A stretch of 63,770 nucleotides of DNA, filler included, from Hausera hauseri (taxonomy: Eukaryota): the NCBI GenBank assembly GCA_046269625.1. It is 12 parts of 12 records of this genome, joined end to end, with 100 filler letters (N's around TTAATTAATTAA, not from the genome) between each part and the next. Parts side by side here need not be neighbours in the genome. Positions count along the whole stretch, not along the records: positions 1 to 6,888 come from JBJURY010054995.1; positions 6,989 to 11,092 come from JBJURY010759540.1; positions 11,193 to 16,660 come from JBJURY010247738.1; 9 more parts are not named here. One strand, written 5' to 3'. Positions 1 to 12,621 of this stretch are shown one piece after another. Position numbers and translations under genes: made by a program. The notes below the pieces were generated by a model that worked only from the letters and a program-made list of their open reading frames with translations, made no database searches and had not been told where the DNA came from. How positions within the stretch are numbered: position 1 is the stretch's first letter; every line of letters starts with the position of its first letter.

Positions 1-490
1 GAAGCATCTTTGTAGCCGCAAAAGAAAGTGATGTCAGGACTTCCAAACTTGAAACACAATACGTACGATTCCAAAGATACTTGAAAAACCAAGATGATTA
101 CTACAAAGCTGGAATAACCGAATTGTATCACAAAATGATAACGAGCGATTGTAAATTGGATATAATGATTATTAGAACTAAACTAACATTAATATACGCC
201 AAACCTGAGTTAGCATCACCAATAATTTCGATGAGAGAAAACATTTTTGGTCGAGTCACTGGTGAAGTTTATCACTTATGTATCCAAGAACTTCCCGTAT
301 ATACTAGAATACTCCAAGTTTGGCAATGCTACTTATTAGAGTTCTGATGGCAAACTTAACTCAACAGACAATCCAGACAATTTTAAAAGAATACAAAACA
401 ACTTTAGAAGAAATAAAGAAAAATCCAGAATATAAACGGTATGTAAACATATATACAAAAGTGAATTATCTTAGTATTAAGTTATGAAAC
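1..490 (+). pseudogene. Central fragment of chuvirus-like viral envelope glycoprotein (degraded)
   Basis: ORF 81-347 reads ..YHKMITSDCKLDIMIIRTKLTLIYAKPELASPIISMRENIFGRVTGEVYHLCIQELPV. The C..L....L.L...P...A, G+.GEV and C..ELPV pattern is typical of chuvirus-type glycoproteins. Ends at CATG 491. Confidence 0.6.
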
Positions 491-1632
491 CATGATTGTT
501 GATCACCTTAGCTATTGTCCGTGGCACTGATTTTATAAAATTTTCACACTTTTCCCTTGCGATTTCTTGGTCCATACCATTTTAAGTGCATCGATGAGTT
601 TATGATCAGTTCGAGGATGATGTTTGGCGACCTCAGCTTTCATTATCTTCCACAAATTTTCGATGGGGGAGAGGTCTGGAGAGTTTCTTGGCCATGGAAT
701 GGTGCAAATATTGTAGGTCTGGAACTGTTTTCACCATTTTTGAATAATAGCAAGGAGCTAAGTCTTGCTGGGAAATGTTCGTTTCGTAAATTTCCATTGC
801 CCTCTCCAAAGGTTCATTTAAAATTTCAATGTACTTCTCGGAGTTTATTGCTTGTACCTTTTTAATGAAAACTAAAAAACCTCTCCCATGGACCGACATG
901 GATCCCCAGACAATTATCCCTCCTGTATATTTCACTGCTGACCTAGTGTAACGATAATTATATCGGCAATTTGCATGGCGTCTTACAAAATTATTATAAT
1001 TACACTTGTTGATCAACTTAACCATCGACTCATCACTACATAGCACATGTTTCCACTGATTTAATGTCCAGGTTTTGTGCTCGTGGCATCAGCAGAGTCG
1101 TTTCTGACGAGCAGTTGGTGTTAACAACAATTTGTATGCTGGTCTCCTTGCTGGCAGGCTTAGTATCTTTGACACCAATATCTTATCATTCTCCTTTTCA
1201 ATGATGTTCCAACGTTATCTAATTCATCACACAACTTAACTGAACTGATTGATGGGTTAGATTTCACCAATACACTGAGTATACTTTTCAATCTAGAAGT
1301 TAATAAGCTTTTCCGTCCGACCTTCTTTTCAACTTGGATAGTCCTAGTTTCTTTAAAACGCATTACAAGTCGTCCTTTTTGGAACTCCAGTCTAATTCGC
1401 TGTCTCTCTTACCTTCAGTCCAAGTTTAAACAAAGTTTGAAGTTGCCCTTCATCTTTCTCTGATATCTCCTTACCCCGAGGCATAGTGCTGTTTTATAAT
1501 AAAATAAGAATAAACTTCAAACGTCAAAACTATAAAAACGTACGATAAACACGCAGCAAATCACAAAAACTAATTAATATTCATTCCTAGAATTTAAAAT
1601 AATTGCCATGTTACAACAAAATTTTGCCACTA
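491..1632 (-). mobile_element. Tc1/mariner DNA transposon, degraded transposase, 3'-truncated at CATG
   Basis: Start MPRGKE (~1484), HTH region (1160-1363), SDES..., GGIIVWG, QQDLAPCY and frameshifted WPRNSPDLSPIENLW motifs. Confidence 0.9.
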
Positions 1633-2489
1633 TATACATGCAGGAAAACATTTTCAAACAATATAATTTATCTTCCGGTTCAGAAACGAAACTCAGAAAT
1701 GTAAATATCAATTACCATTAATTTTTACAAAGCAATGTCAGCTGTTTCATTCCAAACAAGCAATTAACATAAAGCTGAAACTAATCTGTTTTAATGATTC
1801 CATAAGAGAAAATAATGCACCGTCAAAATATGAATAAAACACAACCTTCAGTAGCAGATGATATCTGAATGTCGCATACATTTAATGAATTCTCCGTCTC
1901 CATGACGAAAGATCAGAAATGAAATTTGTTGCTGTTATATAAACTGTCGCGGCATCATGATGGTTTTTTACAAGAAAATTTGCTAAATAACATTTTAAAT
2001 AATTACTAGTGATGTTTTAATGGACGCTGCAATGTCTCAATTTCACAGTTTTCTTTTTGTGGTCTACTTAAATCTGCTAATTAATGATCGAATTAATTTA
2101 GTGATTTGAATTTTACTTTTTTCAATTAGCCTAGTGAATGTTTGAACGGCTCGATGATTGAATTTGAAACATAGTAACATTTAAACACCGTACATTTTGA
2201 ATATTTACTAGAAAACGGAATATGTAATGCAGAATGTTATTCATGATTCTTTAGTGCATTTAACAGTCCATGGATGGTGCTTGTTGCATAATTATGTTTA
2301 TTTTATGTTGATTCATTATTGTTCTCCGTGCGGCTAATTGCATAATTGATGTTTGTTTTGTGTTGATTAATTTTTTTCTTTGTGGGTGATTGTGAAAGTG
2401 CTGAATATATTTTAACTAATGATTGTGTGTGAATGATTTTTTTTTCGGGTACAATTATTGGGTCACAGAACTGCAATTTAAGCATTCAT

Positions 2490-3433
2490 GTCAATGGCAT
2501 ATAAAAGCGACTTCTTAGCTTATACTTTTTTCTAAATAAAATGTACAGCTAAGCGTTATATTATCAAGTCAAAACCTATTATTTTTATTACTGAGTTGTA
2601 TTCCTCTGGTTACGTTAAATTTTACCTCTTTTACGAAGGCCAAATTACATTTGACTACCGGTGTAGTCCAAATGATAATGGAATAAATAGTTCTACAATA
2701 CTCGGTACCGTATTTACAATCTGTTTTAATCATTAATTGTTTTGATTGCATATTAAATGAAATATCCTTCTCCATAATAGTTAATGTATATAACGCCTGT
2801 ACAACAACTCTTGCAACACCATCCACTGTTTCCATAACAATCTCCGTTAGCCGTAATTGAGCCTTCCTCATTGATAGTGTGATAATTTATAGCGTTTACG
2901 GCCGCTGCTATTTCAACTTTGCTATTTATTTATAATTTTCCTTTTTTCGCCGCATCTCGGCATTCATCCATTGTTAGTTCATGTGGTTCGTTTGGTGTAG
3001 CCATTAAGATATTTGTTGAATGTCGATGTATTTTTCCACAATGCCATTTCTTTATTTGCTTAGTGAGCTTACATTCAAGCGCTTTCACTCGTATGAATCT
3101 ATTTTCTTGGTATATCCTATAATTTTAGTGCCTTCAAATATAAGTTTATCAGGCTCCGCATCTGGACATTTTTCTAGGTCTACTAAGAGAGTATGAGGTT
3201 CCAACAGCCGGATAATCACAATCATAGGCTCGAAACGCATGAGCTCCCCTACATAAAATTACAAGAAGTATAAATAGCCATGTTAAATTATTACTTCCTG
3301 GTCTAGGTAATGTATCACTAAATAACCTTTGTGCTCTAGTAAATAGTTCGCCAAGACTATTCGTTCTCTTTCCCCGTTCTGATATTTTACTTTCAGCTTT
3401 TTGAGGTTTATCAAAATTCAACAAATTGTTCAA
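2490..3433 (-). pseudogene. N-terminal half of chuvirus-like envelope glycoprotein preceded by an internal signal peptide (frameshifted)
   Basis: LTWLFILLVILCRGAHA|FRAYDCDYPAVGTSYSL..KC, then ECKLTKQIKKWHCG, LTMDECR..., CKYGTEYCRT..IIWT...C. The Cys pattern and 'AYDC' start match chuvirus-like G; homologous to 39653-39844. Confidence 0.7.
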
Positions 3434-4211
3434 TCCTCACTAATTACTTTGGGAAAGACTTTCACGTAAATGATTAATTAATGGGGAGAACAAATAACTT
3501 TAACTTGATTAGCCGCTGTGAGTGGTAGTGCAGAGAAATGTGGTGAAGACCTACCTAACTATTAGTAGGTAATATGTATGGGGCAAACTCTAGTTTAATA
3601 CTTTATTTACTACGGTTTACTTATGCTTTACTTAAATTTATACGGGTGGTCGTCAGGTAGCGTTAGACCTGGTCGACCAAATACCAAATTAGTTATCGGT
3701 TACTTAGTTATTTTCTTTACTTAGTAAGAAGACTTCAACACTAAAAGAAAATAATATAATTTTAAATAGACATGATATATAATTAGCAACCAAAACATAA
3801 AGTCAAACCGTAAACTTACAAGAACACATGGACATAAAGTATCTTAAGAACGTTTTACGGATAGAAAATGTCTGGTTACACTGCTAAAACGTACCGTTTA
3901 TATAGTACATACGAAATCATGCAAATGTCCATATTAGGACAAAATAATTTGAATTTAAATTACATAAATCACACAAATATCCAATTTAGGACAAGTACAA
4001 TTAAACCGTTCTTCTTACATATCAGTCTGTGTTTAAAATCACAATATAATATTTATAGCTTGTTAATATGTCACCACATATTTATAGACTTTTCTGTTTA
4101 TCATAATTGTCAAAAGTCAACAAAGGGTCAAAAGTCATCAAAGGGTTCGGGGGTTAAAGAAAATTGTCCCGAATTTTTATATCTGGAGAAAGTAAGAGAG
4201 TCACGAAATTG

Positions 4212-4469
4212 TCATTGGTCTAACGATAGTGGAACATGTATAAATTTATCCGAGGTTCTGCTTTTGTATATGATTGCCTGTGGTTCGTAAACTTCGTTAT
4301 CAATAGTCACTGTCTCGTCTGTCTGAAACTTTCTCTTTTTACCACCAGAGGTTGGTGTTATTCGCACCGGATCGGAGCCCGAGATCTGAGTGATTACTTC
4401 ATCAGTCCATTTAAGTTGCTTATAGATAGCCTGGTAGCATTGTACCAAAGCTGTGCTTTGGAGTGGCAT
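4212..4469 (-). CDS. Hypothetical protein, probable accessory ORF of the large retroelement
   Basis: 85-aa ORF co-oriented with the flanking element ORFs; contains KKRK; no recognisable domain. Confidence 0.3.
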   Translation of the reverse strand: MPLQSTALVQCYQAIYKQLKWTDEVITQISGSDPVRITPTSGGKKRKFQTDETVTIDNEVYEPQAIIYKSRTSDKFIHVPLSLDQ

Positions 4470-4600
4470 TCCACAAGTTTAGTGAGTTTGTTCTTTACCA
4501 GGTTATTAAAATAAAACGCGTGATAAAGAATGAACAAAATAAGAGACAAATAAAAGTCCGAACATTTATTTTGTGGAACAGTTATTTCGTCCGCCGAGGC

Positions 4601-5356
4601 CTACGAATCGTCGGTTGATGAGAGTGCCGGGTTGTTCCTGGCGACACGACATGGACGGGTAGGCGCGTCGTCCGAACTGTAGTCCGTCGGTGTTGATTCA
4701 AGTAGTATCGGATCCAACCGGATTCGACGGCGCGGTGCTGGAACCTCGTTTGGGCTGGAGCTCAGAGCCTTGGCCTGCGGTCTGTCAATTACTCGGTGAC
4801 CGGGAATCAACTGGCTCTCCGATGGAACCAGCGATTCATAGAGGCGATCAGTTGCCGCCATCAGTCTCAAGAAAACCGGCAAGAAAACCAACGAGTCGAA
4901 AAGACGCCGATTTTCCCCGTCCTCATAAAACCTCTGGAGCATTCCGCGGGGTAAAGAATACGGGTCGTTCCGCCCCAACTTGGTGAGGTGCCGTACAAAG
5001 CGGCTTCGTTGCAGCAACTCATGTGTCGTCAAGAAATCCGAATAGGACCAACATGGGGTTCTTTTCCTGGTGTTGCGACGTCGCCTTTCCCTGGAGACTG
5101 TATCCCGCCGGGTCAGACACGGCTGGTTAGTTTGGACAGTGGAGTTGGCAGTCCTGACGTTGTTGTTCTCCGTTCCGGCGTCTGTGGTTCTGTGTGCCTT
5201 TGGAATTCGGTATCCTGGCAGGACGCAGTTCTTTATGATGTTGAACGTGGCACCTGGTTGAACGGAAACGTCGGTTGGCCGGGTTCCAGTTTCGTCTCGG
5301 ACTATAGGTTCTCCTGGTTTGGTAGTAGCTTTGGTGATCTTTGTTCCCACTGGCAT
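4601..5356 (-). CDS. Hypothetical 251-aa basic protein, probable accessory ORF
   Basis: Intact ATG-started ORF, GC-richer than flanks, Arg-rich stretch (RERRRRNTRKR), AATAAA ~30 nt after the stop. Confidence 0.5.
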   Translation of the reverse strand: MPVGTKITKATTKPGEPIVRDETGTRPTDVSVQPGATFNIIKNCVLPGYRIPKAHRTTDAGTENNNVRTANSTVQTNQPCLTRRDTVSRERRRRNTRKRTPCWSYSDFLTTHELLQRSRFVRHLTKLGRNDPYSLPRGMLQRFYEDGENRRLFDSLVFLPVFLRLMAATDRLYESLVPSESQLIPGHRVIDRPQAKALSSSPNEVPAPRRRIRLDPILLESTPTDYSSDDAPTRPCRVARNNPALSSTDDS

Positions 5357-5702
5357 GTTGAATTATTTTTCTCTTTTTGATTTCGAAAATTCTTTTTTGG
5401 ATGTTTCTTCTTCTCCGTTTTGAGTCCAATGTTCTGGACCTGCTTCGCCCTTTCGCTTTTGAATGAAACTGCTCATTGTGATTTTTATTTGAATAGTAAT
5501 GTTCAATCCTTAATCTGTGGATTTAAACAAAAGGGATTAAATCCACAGATCTTGATTGTTTTTTGTAAAAAAAATTTGTTTGATGAATCCGTGAATTTTG
5601 AGAAATTTGTGAATTTTAAATTGTTATAAAATTTCACGGGGGAAAAAAAATTTTTAAGATTTATTTTCTGATTTTATTTTAATTTGAGAGATTTAAATTT
5701 TG

Positions 5703-6813
5703 TTATAATATTTTGTAAGGTAGAACCTTACAACAAGTATCGTAGAATTTCTTTGCCAACTCCTTGTAAATATTTGTGGTCAATTGATATTTACGGATAG
5801 CCTCTTCGTGATAAAGGATATCGCGAACTCCGATTATCCGTCTGACTGGGCATTTGCAATGGTTAATCACCATTTCGAGAATATCAGCTCCGATTATGAT
5901 TTTGTCCGTTAGAACCTCCATGATTTTTCGATAAAACTCATTGGTATCCATCATTATTTATGTGTGATTCCGCTAGACCCGTTAAATGGGTATCAAAATT
6001 ATTCATCCTTTGTCGGGGAGAGATGACGCTATAGAAGACAGTTTGACCATCTAGCGTTATGACCGACCATTCGATTGGCTGCATCTGATTCCATTGGTCA
6101 TACGCTAAGTTGACGGCAGCTATGATCATATTTGCGTTTGTGACGTTTTGTATTCTTCTGTAAGGGATTGTTTTGTAGCGAAGATAATCGGGTTCCGGAA
6201 GATGGAAATATCTTCCCTCTGTGATGCTTGGTTGAAAGGTCTCATGTTTGGTGATCTCAAATGCGATCATAATTCGATTTAAAAGGGAGCGAATCTTCAA
6301 TGTATTGTCCTTTATAAATTTGGATTCAAAGGCGAGAGCATGATCCGGGTCCATATTAATTAGCTCTCCCTGTGTTGAGGTTTTGCGACTTGTCGACTTA
6401 ATATGGAATTTGTCCGCGATGTTATAGATGTTCATGGAATGAAATCTTTCCGGCAGAATTATCAGATTCTGGGGATAAAAGGAAGTTGCTTTCATTAACT
6501 GAATTAAAGCTAAGGATCGATTGATCATACTGTATCCCTTGAGATTGTTTGGGATCTGGGGCGTCTGGGGATAATTCAGACTATATGTATAGTCGTTATG
6601 GCCCACGTAATATTGACTGGCTGGGGTGGCATTGATGAGGTGAGTTTTAACGTTACTTAACCAGTGTTTTGATTTGGTAATTGACTGAATCTGATGAGCG
6701 GTCGAAATTGATACTGTCAAAAGAAATGTCAATAGCAAGTCATTACAGATTTCTAAACACAACACAACGGTTATCAAACACACAATGGTAATTGTTGTAG
6801 TTATATATTTCAA
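5703..6813 (-). pseudogene. Retroelement accessory protein with DEDD/REX-type exonuclease-like domain (frameshift near 5945)
   Basis: QPIEWSVITLDGQTVFYSVISPRQRMNNFDTHLTGLAESHI / MDTNEFYRKIMEVLTDKIIIGADI..IIGVRDI matches the REX-like fold pattern; homologous to 13990-14341 and 61605-62100. Confidence 0.6.
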
Positions 6814-6888
6814 TTTATTTCTATAGGTAACCTGATGACATGTGGTTATCTCTATTGAAAGGGTTGCATAAATAGCAATCCCTAGACT

Positions 6889-6988
6889 NNNNNNNNNNNN
6901 NNNNNNNNNNNNNNNNNNNNNNNNNNNNNNNNTTAATTAATTAANNNNNNNNNNNNNNNNNNNNNNNNNNNNNNNNNNNNNNNNNNNN
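6889..6988. other. Artificial spacer (44N-TTAATTAATTAA-44N); identical spacers at 11093-11192, 16661-16760, 24847-24946, 29860-29959, 35424-35523, 39845-39944, 44699-44798, 49764-49863, 55079-55178, 59118-59217
   Basis: Identical 100-nt structure with a six-frame stop linker, present 11 times. Confidence 0.98.
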
Positions 6989-9237
6989 ACAGACCTGTTC
7001 GCCAACGAATGAGACCATTATTGCCGACGAAATGACGAGCGGCGGAAATGGAATTTAATGAACTTGAAAAACCGGCATAATCAGAAGGTCCAAATCCCCA
7101 TGGGTGTTACCGTTGCACATTGTCAACAAAAAAGAGGGAACAATTTGCCCGTGCGGCGATTACAGAATGTTGAACACGGAAATTGTCCCGGACGCGTACC
7201 CTTTACCACTAGTATTAGATATTTTTCAAAGATTATCAGGATCGAGATTTTTCTCAACAATAGACCTCAAAAAAGCTTATCATCAAATCCCAGTCGCCAG
7301 TAATGATATTCCCAAAACAGCAATGATTACACTCCTTCGGACTGTTTGAATATCTTTTCATGCCCTTTGACCTCAGAAACGCAGCACAAACGTTTCAGCG
7401 TCAGATTGATGTCGTTTTGTCTCGTCTTCAATTTGCATACCCATATATTGACGATATACCTATCGCGTCTCCTAACAAAAGTGACCACGAACAGCATTTA
7501 CAACTTGTCCTAAAACGTCTTAATGCCTACCATCTTCAAGTTAATTGGGAAAAATGTACAGTCTTCACATCCTCAGTGAGATTCCTAGGTCATTTAATTT
7601 CAGAAAAAGGTCATTCACCTCTTCCAGATCGCTTAACGCAAATTAGAAATGTTTTATTACCTACAACAACGACGGAACTCCGAAGATTTCTAGGAGCACT
7701 TCATTTTGTACACAGATACATCCCGAATTGTTCAGCATTAACCGCTAATCTGTCGATTTTAAGTTCGGGAAAGAAACAAGCAAAACTAAAATGGACTGAG
7801 GCAGTAAGAGCAGAATTTCAAGAGCTCAAAGAAAAATTACAGGCATAGAACTACTGGCTTTTCAGTTCCAAGCGCAAAATTATTGCTTATTACTGATACA
7901 TCAATAGTCGCAGCGGGCACCGTACTTCACCAAGAAGTTAATGGTCGAAACGAACCTTTAGAATTCTTCTCCAAAAAGTTTTCTGAAGTCGAACGTAGGT
8001 ACTCTACGTTTGATCGAGAATTATTAGCAGTAGTTATGGCGGTTAAACATTTTAAGCATATTTTGCAGGCTCGAACATTCACTTTGCAGACTGATCATAA
8101 ATCTCTCCTGTATATGATTAACATGAAGCAACCTTCACTCAGACAAGAACGCAAAATTTCTTATTTGTCCACTTTTCAATTCGATATAGTACAGATTCCG
8201 GGAATACAAAACATCTTCGCAGATTTCTTATCGCGTCCCCTAGCTTCACTGACTTTTTTTTCAATAATTGCGGCAGACGAACTTCGAGAAAAGCAGCCCT
8301 CAAAGGAAGATTTAAGCCATTTCAAGTCCGTCAATTTACTGGATGGCATACATTTCGATACCTCAATTCACGGTAGGAAAAGATCGATACCTCATAACTC
8401 GTTCCAAAAAAAGTCATTCGATTACATGCACCGACTGCATCATCCGGGAGCAAAAAACACCTAAAATCTCCTACACAATCAGGCTATATGGTTTTTTATG
8501 CGAAAGGATGTTCAGAATTGCGTTGATCAATGCGTACCGTGCCAAAAATTTAAAGTAAACAAAAATATTAAACCACCAAATTTTCATTTTCCTTCTACCT
8601 CGCGATTAGAAACCGTACACTTGGATTTAGTTGGCCCTTTACCACCAGCCCAAGGACATCAGTATTTACTTACTATGATGAATCGATCCACTCGATGGCC
8701 AGAAGCAGTTTCTATAAAACGTACAGACGCCGAAACAGTAGCCAACGCTTTTGTAAATACTTGGTTATCACGCTATGGCTCGCCTAAACATATCGTTACC
8801 GATCAAGGAGCCTAGCTTGAGTTAGCTTTCTTCAGATCTTTAGTAAACATGTTAGGAATCACACACGTTCATCCGTCACCTTACCACCCTCAATCAAACC
8901 GCTTAATCGAACGTTTTCACAGAACGCTGAAGGTGTCGTTAAAAATCTTCGTCGAAACCAATCCAAACTGGCTGTCAATTCTCCCATTAATTCTCTTAGG
9001 TTGGAAAAATACTCCATCAACATCAAATGACTGTTCCCCAGCACAAGCTTTTTGGAACATCTATCAGGGTACTTTTTGACGTTGCGGAAAGTGGAGGAAC
9101 ACCTACAGACTAGAATATTAACGCAGCAAGATAACATTTTATTGACCTGAATAATGACAAATTTTGCAGAGTGCTAAACCAGGAAAAGACATTTCTAACA
9201 AAGAAACTGTATGAAGCAAAGTTCGTTTGGGTGCATG
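6989..9237 (+). mobile_element. Ty3/Gypsy (CsRn1-like) pol remnant: RT, RNase H, integrase
   Basis: CGDYRMLN, DLKKAYHQIP, MPFDLRNAAQTFQR, YIDD, TDTS..G.VL.Q, YSTFDRELLA, TDHK, H...HPG/C..C, HLDLVGPLP, TDQG, IERFHRTLK; many stops and frameshifts; ends at CATG 9234. Confidence 0.95.
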
Positions 9238-10641
9238 TTAAATCCATTTAAATCGGGAGAAGATTAATTCGCAAATAGAAAAAAATAGCAACTAACGGAA
9301 TATAATAATTATCTTTTATTAAATCCATAAAAAATTCAATTTTTTTCAATATCTCTATAACAAAAAATGAATTGCAGGTACAAATTTCTGTCGTTCACTT
9401 ACAATATCGACAAGTATATATCAACAAAGAATGAGTTGTCAAGAATGGCAAAAGCATTTGTTACACGCTCCACCAAACATTATGGTTCACAAATAAATAC
9501 TCATCAGTTTTATAAAATCCGAAGATGTATGAAACGATTTAGAGTAAAGATAAATTGACGTTGTTGTCGTCTGACTGTAATTTAAATCTTTTTCTGTCAT
9601 ATGTTAAAAAATGAAATAATACAATGTTAATGTGTGTACAAATTATAACGAGAAAACATTGAAAGAATTTGATAAAAGTTGTCACAATTAAATATCCAAT
9701 TGCGTTATCTGTACTTGTAAATGGTGAAATTGAAAGAATTGATAAACGGCATCAACTGGCATCATGTAAATTCAATTCTAAAATACATCTCTTTGGGAAA
9801 TTTCATTTGTAAACTTGGTAATACGGTGTGTATGACATTCGAACTACATCAATTTCGGCTTTCATCTTTATTCTTTTGTTGAATCGATCTAAGTTACACA
9901 ATTCTTAATCGGCTTTGTTCCATTTATTAATCAGAAACATTGCCATGGAACATTGGGAATTTTGAAACAGATTGTTGTATTATTTTTCTTGACAAGTCAG
10001 CTCTTCTGGCCCGAGTCCGCGGCATCACAGTCAGCACCTCTGGTTGGGACGCAATCGTGCCCGCGGTAACACGCTATACCCCCGAAATTGCACATATTTT
10101 CTTCCCCATTTCTCTACCCTTACAAAATAAACATGTCTTTTCCACTATCTGTCTTTTCTTTAAAAACGTACATATACCCACACAACGCACATGCACCAAT
10201 TCTCAATTAAATGACCCTCAATCAATGAATCTCCAGTTTTGTCGAAATGCCGATAATAAATCATTGCAGCACAAAGCAAGGATCTCCCCGGTAAGGAAAA
10301 CAAGCTATTACAACTCTGATACTTTGGACACGCCCATCTTTTACACACCACACTACAAACCGGACTTCTCTGACAAATTCCTTCCACTATCATGGCTATT
10401 TGAAGACGGACATACCCAAACTTATTACATCTATAAATTAACAACAGTTGCCAAATTTTCGTACATACTACAGCTGCAAACATCTTTAACTAACTTCCGC
10501 CTCAGCTTTAAAGGACGCTTTCTTCAACAATCAGACACAATAACAAGTTTCATTCATTCATTCTCTACATCTATACTCACCCTACACTCCCGTCTGTTAG
10601 GCGGATCTAATCCAAAAACATCTAAGGAGCAACAAGATTTT

Positions 10642-11092
10642 ATGGACATTACCACCATAAGTGTGCCATTGAATCAGCCTTTAACACTGCCGTCGACTGT
10701 AAATCTACCTTGCGTATAATATTTCGTCGACAAACAGCACTCCGGCCGGACATGGTTAAATTTTCATGCGGTTCGGTTAAAATCAAATAATATAGTTGAT
10801 TCGTTCCTCAAAGCGAACAGTCTGCTCATACTTTTACATTCTAGCATTAAATCGCAGCTTCCCAGTTTATCGGAAATCTTCCAAAGTGGCTACGCATATA
10901 AAACTCTCATTAACGCTACTTTGAAAATTACTGAATCATCTCTGGACAACATAATACATAAATATTTCAATGACAACACAATAGGCACATTAAAACCATC
11001 TAAATTCCTACAAACGTCGTTAACTCAATTGAGTACCCTTGGCGTTAATCAGGCGAACAACGCAGACTTATTACGCAGGTATTTCCTGCAAT
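10642..11092 (+). pseudogene. Gypsy (CsRn1-like) gag N-terminal fragment
   Basis: WLNFH..LKSNNI.D...KA and LKPSKFL..L..LGV...NADLLRRYFL are shared with the gag copies at 34050-34900 and 45303-46100. Confidence 0.8.
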
Positions 11093-11192
11093 NNNNNNNN
11101 NNNNNNNNNNNNNNNNNNNNNNNNNNNNNNNNNNNNTTAATTAATTAANNNNNNNNNNNNNNNNNNNNNNNNNNNNNNNNNNNNNNNNNNNN

Positions 11193-12621
11193 GTCAGTAT
11201 TAAAATCTTCCACTGTGGTAAAAAACGGAGCAACTTTGATGCCAGGTTCTCAAGTCATCGTACTCACAGATTCCAAAGGTAATGTTTCAGTAATACCAGT
11301 TTCTGATCCTGTAAGTAAACACCCGGATGGGTCGTTTCATCGTCAAGATAAAAATGATAAAGCTCAAGGAGAGACAATGTCTGACGCGACATTTGAGTTT
11401 GAAAACAGAATAACCTCGAGTTGGGAAGGTCAGTTCGAGCAGGATCCACATCTTGGTAAACTGCACAGTAAACCCATGCCATCCTTACACAACAAGCAAC
11501 CAAATAATGCTAGTAACGATGAGTTGATGACAGAAAGCTCACATGAACGCCACACATCAATTCCTAGTAAAGACTTCACGGGCACCAGTATTAAGGAAAA
11601 TAAAGCGAGAATCCGGCACACCGAAATGGGAGAACGGAACTTTCCAGAATCGACTCTGGTTTCGCCTCAAGAATCAGAAACTGATGTTCAAACAATGGAC
11701 CAACAAACAAGTCAGCATCCCGTACCTTTCACTGGCACAGACTCAGTCAAAGAGCATAAATACACTAATAATCCACTATTTATGTATATTTTGTTGGGGC
11801 TTCAAAATAACACGATTCACCGCAACAACGATACGACGTCGGTTACCATGGATACTGGACGCTATCATGTTAATCCAGAAAAGTGGGACGCTAGTCATGA
11901 AGACACTAAAGAGCTATTTTGGCTTAGTCCTCATACTGTGCGACGCACGACCCCAAACATTCAGAAGACACAACAAGAAACACAAATCAGCCTAACAACG
12001 AAGACATTAAAGGAAAATGAGAATACTCGCAAGCGCCCATTGTGGTATTACAAAAGTCAATACCTTGGAATTCATTTACCGGTTGATGATAGCGAATCAA
12101 AACAACAAAACTGGGGAAGCAAGGATTTGGATTACTTTAAAAAAACAACAGATACCAGTGAAGGCACTCAAGATGTTTATGGGGGGAAAAGTGAAGATAA
12201 CTATATTAATAATTACGACAACCAACAATCCAATCTCCGAGAAGTTACAGAAGAGGATAAACATAAAACTCAAGATTATGAACAGAGTCAAAATTTACAA
12301 GGCATAAAAGCTTGGTCAAATAATGACAGTCATTTAAAACAAGCACAGTCAGATCAGACAACAGAAGATGATGAAAGGTCTCGGAGGCGAGAAGAGAGAA
12401 TCACAAACTATAGCCCCCATTTGCTTCGAAGCACAGCAGAAATAATGCCTGGACTGCCTCAAGGATATACAGATGTTCAAACACAGAAGGCTACTACCAC
12501 ATTTCCTGACGATTTGATTCAATTCTTGTGGTATATTTTGTTTGAATATATTGTTGTTGTAAAATCTTATATAGCTTTTTCGTCGCTCTTTAAGAGGGAC
12601 TTGAACCACATTAAGGTTTAA
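11193..12621 (+). CDS. Large exon/ORF of a hydrophilic, disordered (T/S/E/Q/D/K-rich) host protein
   Basis: 468-aa open frame running from the piece edge; no domain recognised; 3' end probably runs into an intron. Confidence 0.55.

Noticed and set aside
9940-10719. 259-aa ORF as a real gene
   Set aside because: Spans CATG-separated segments and the pyrimidine-rich Gypsy leader; only its end belongs to gag
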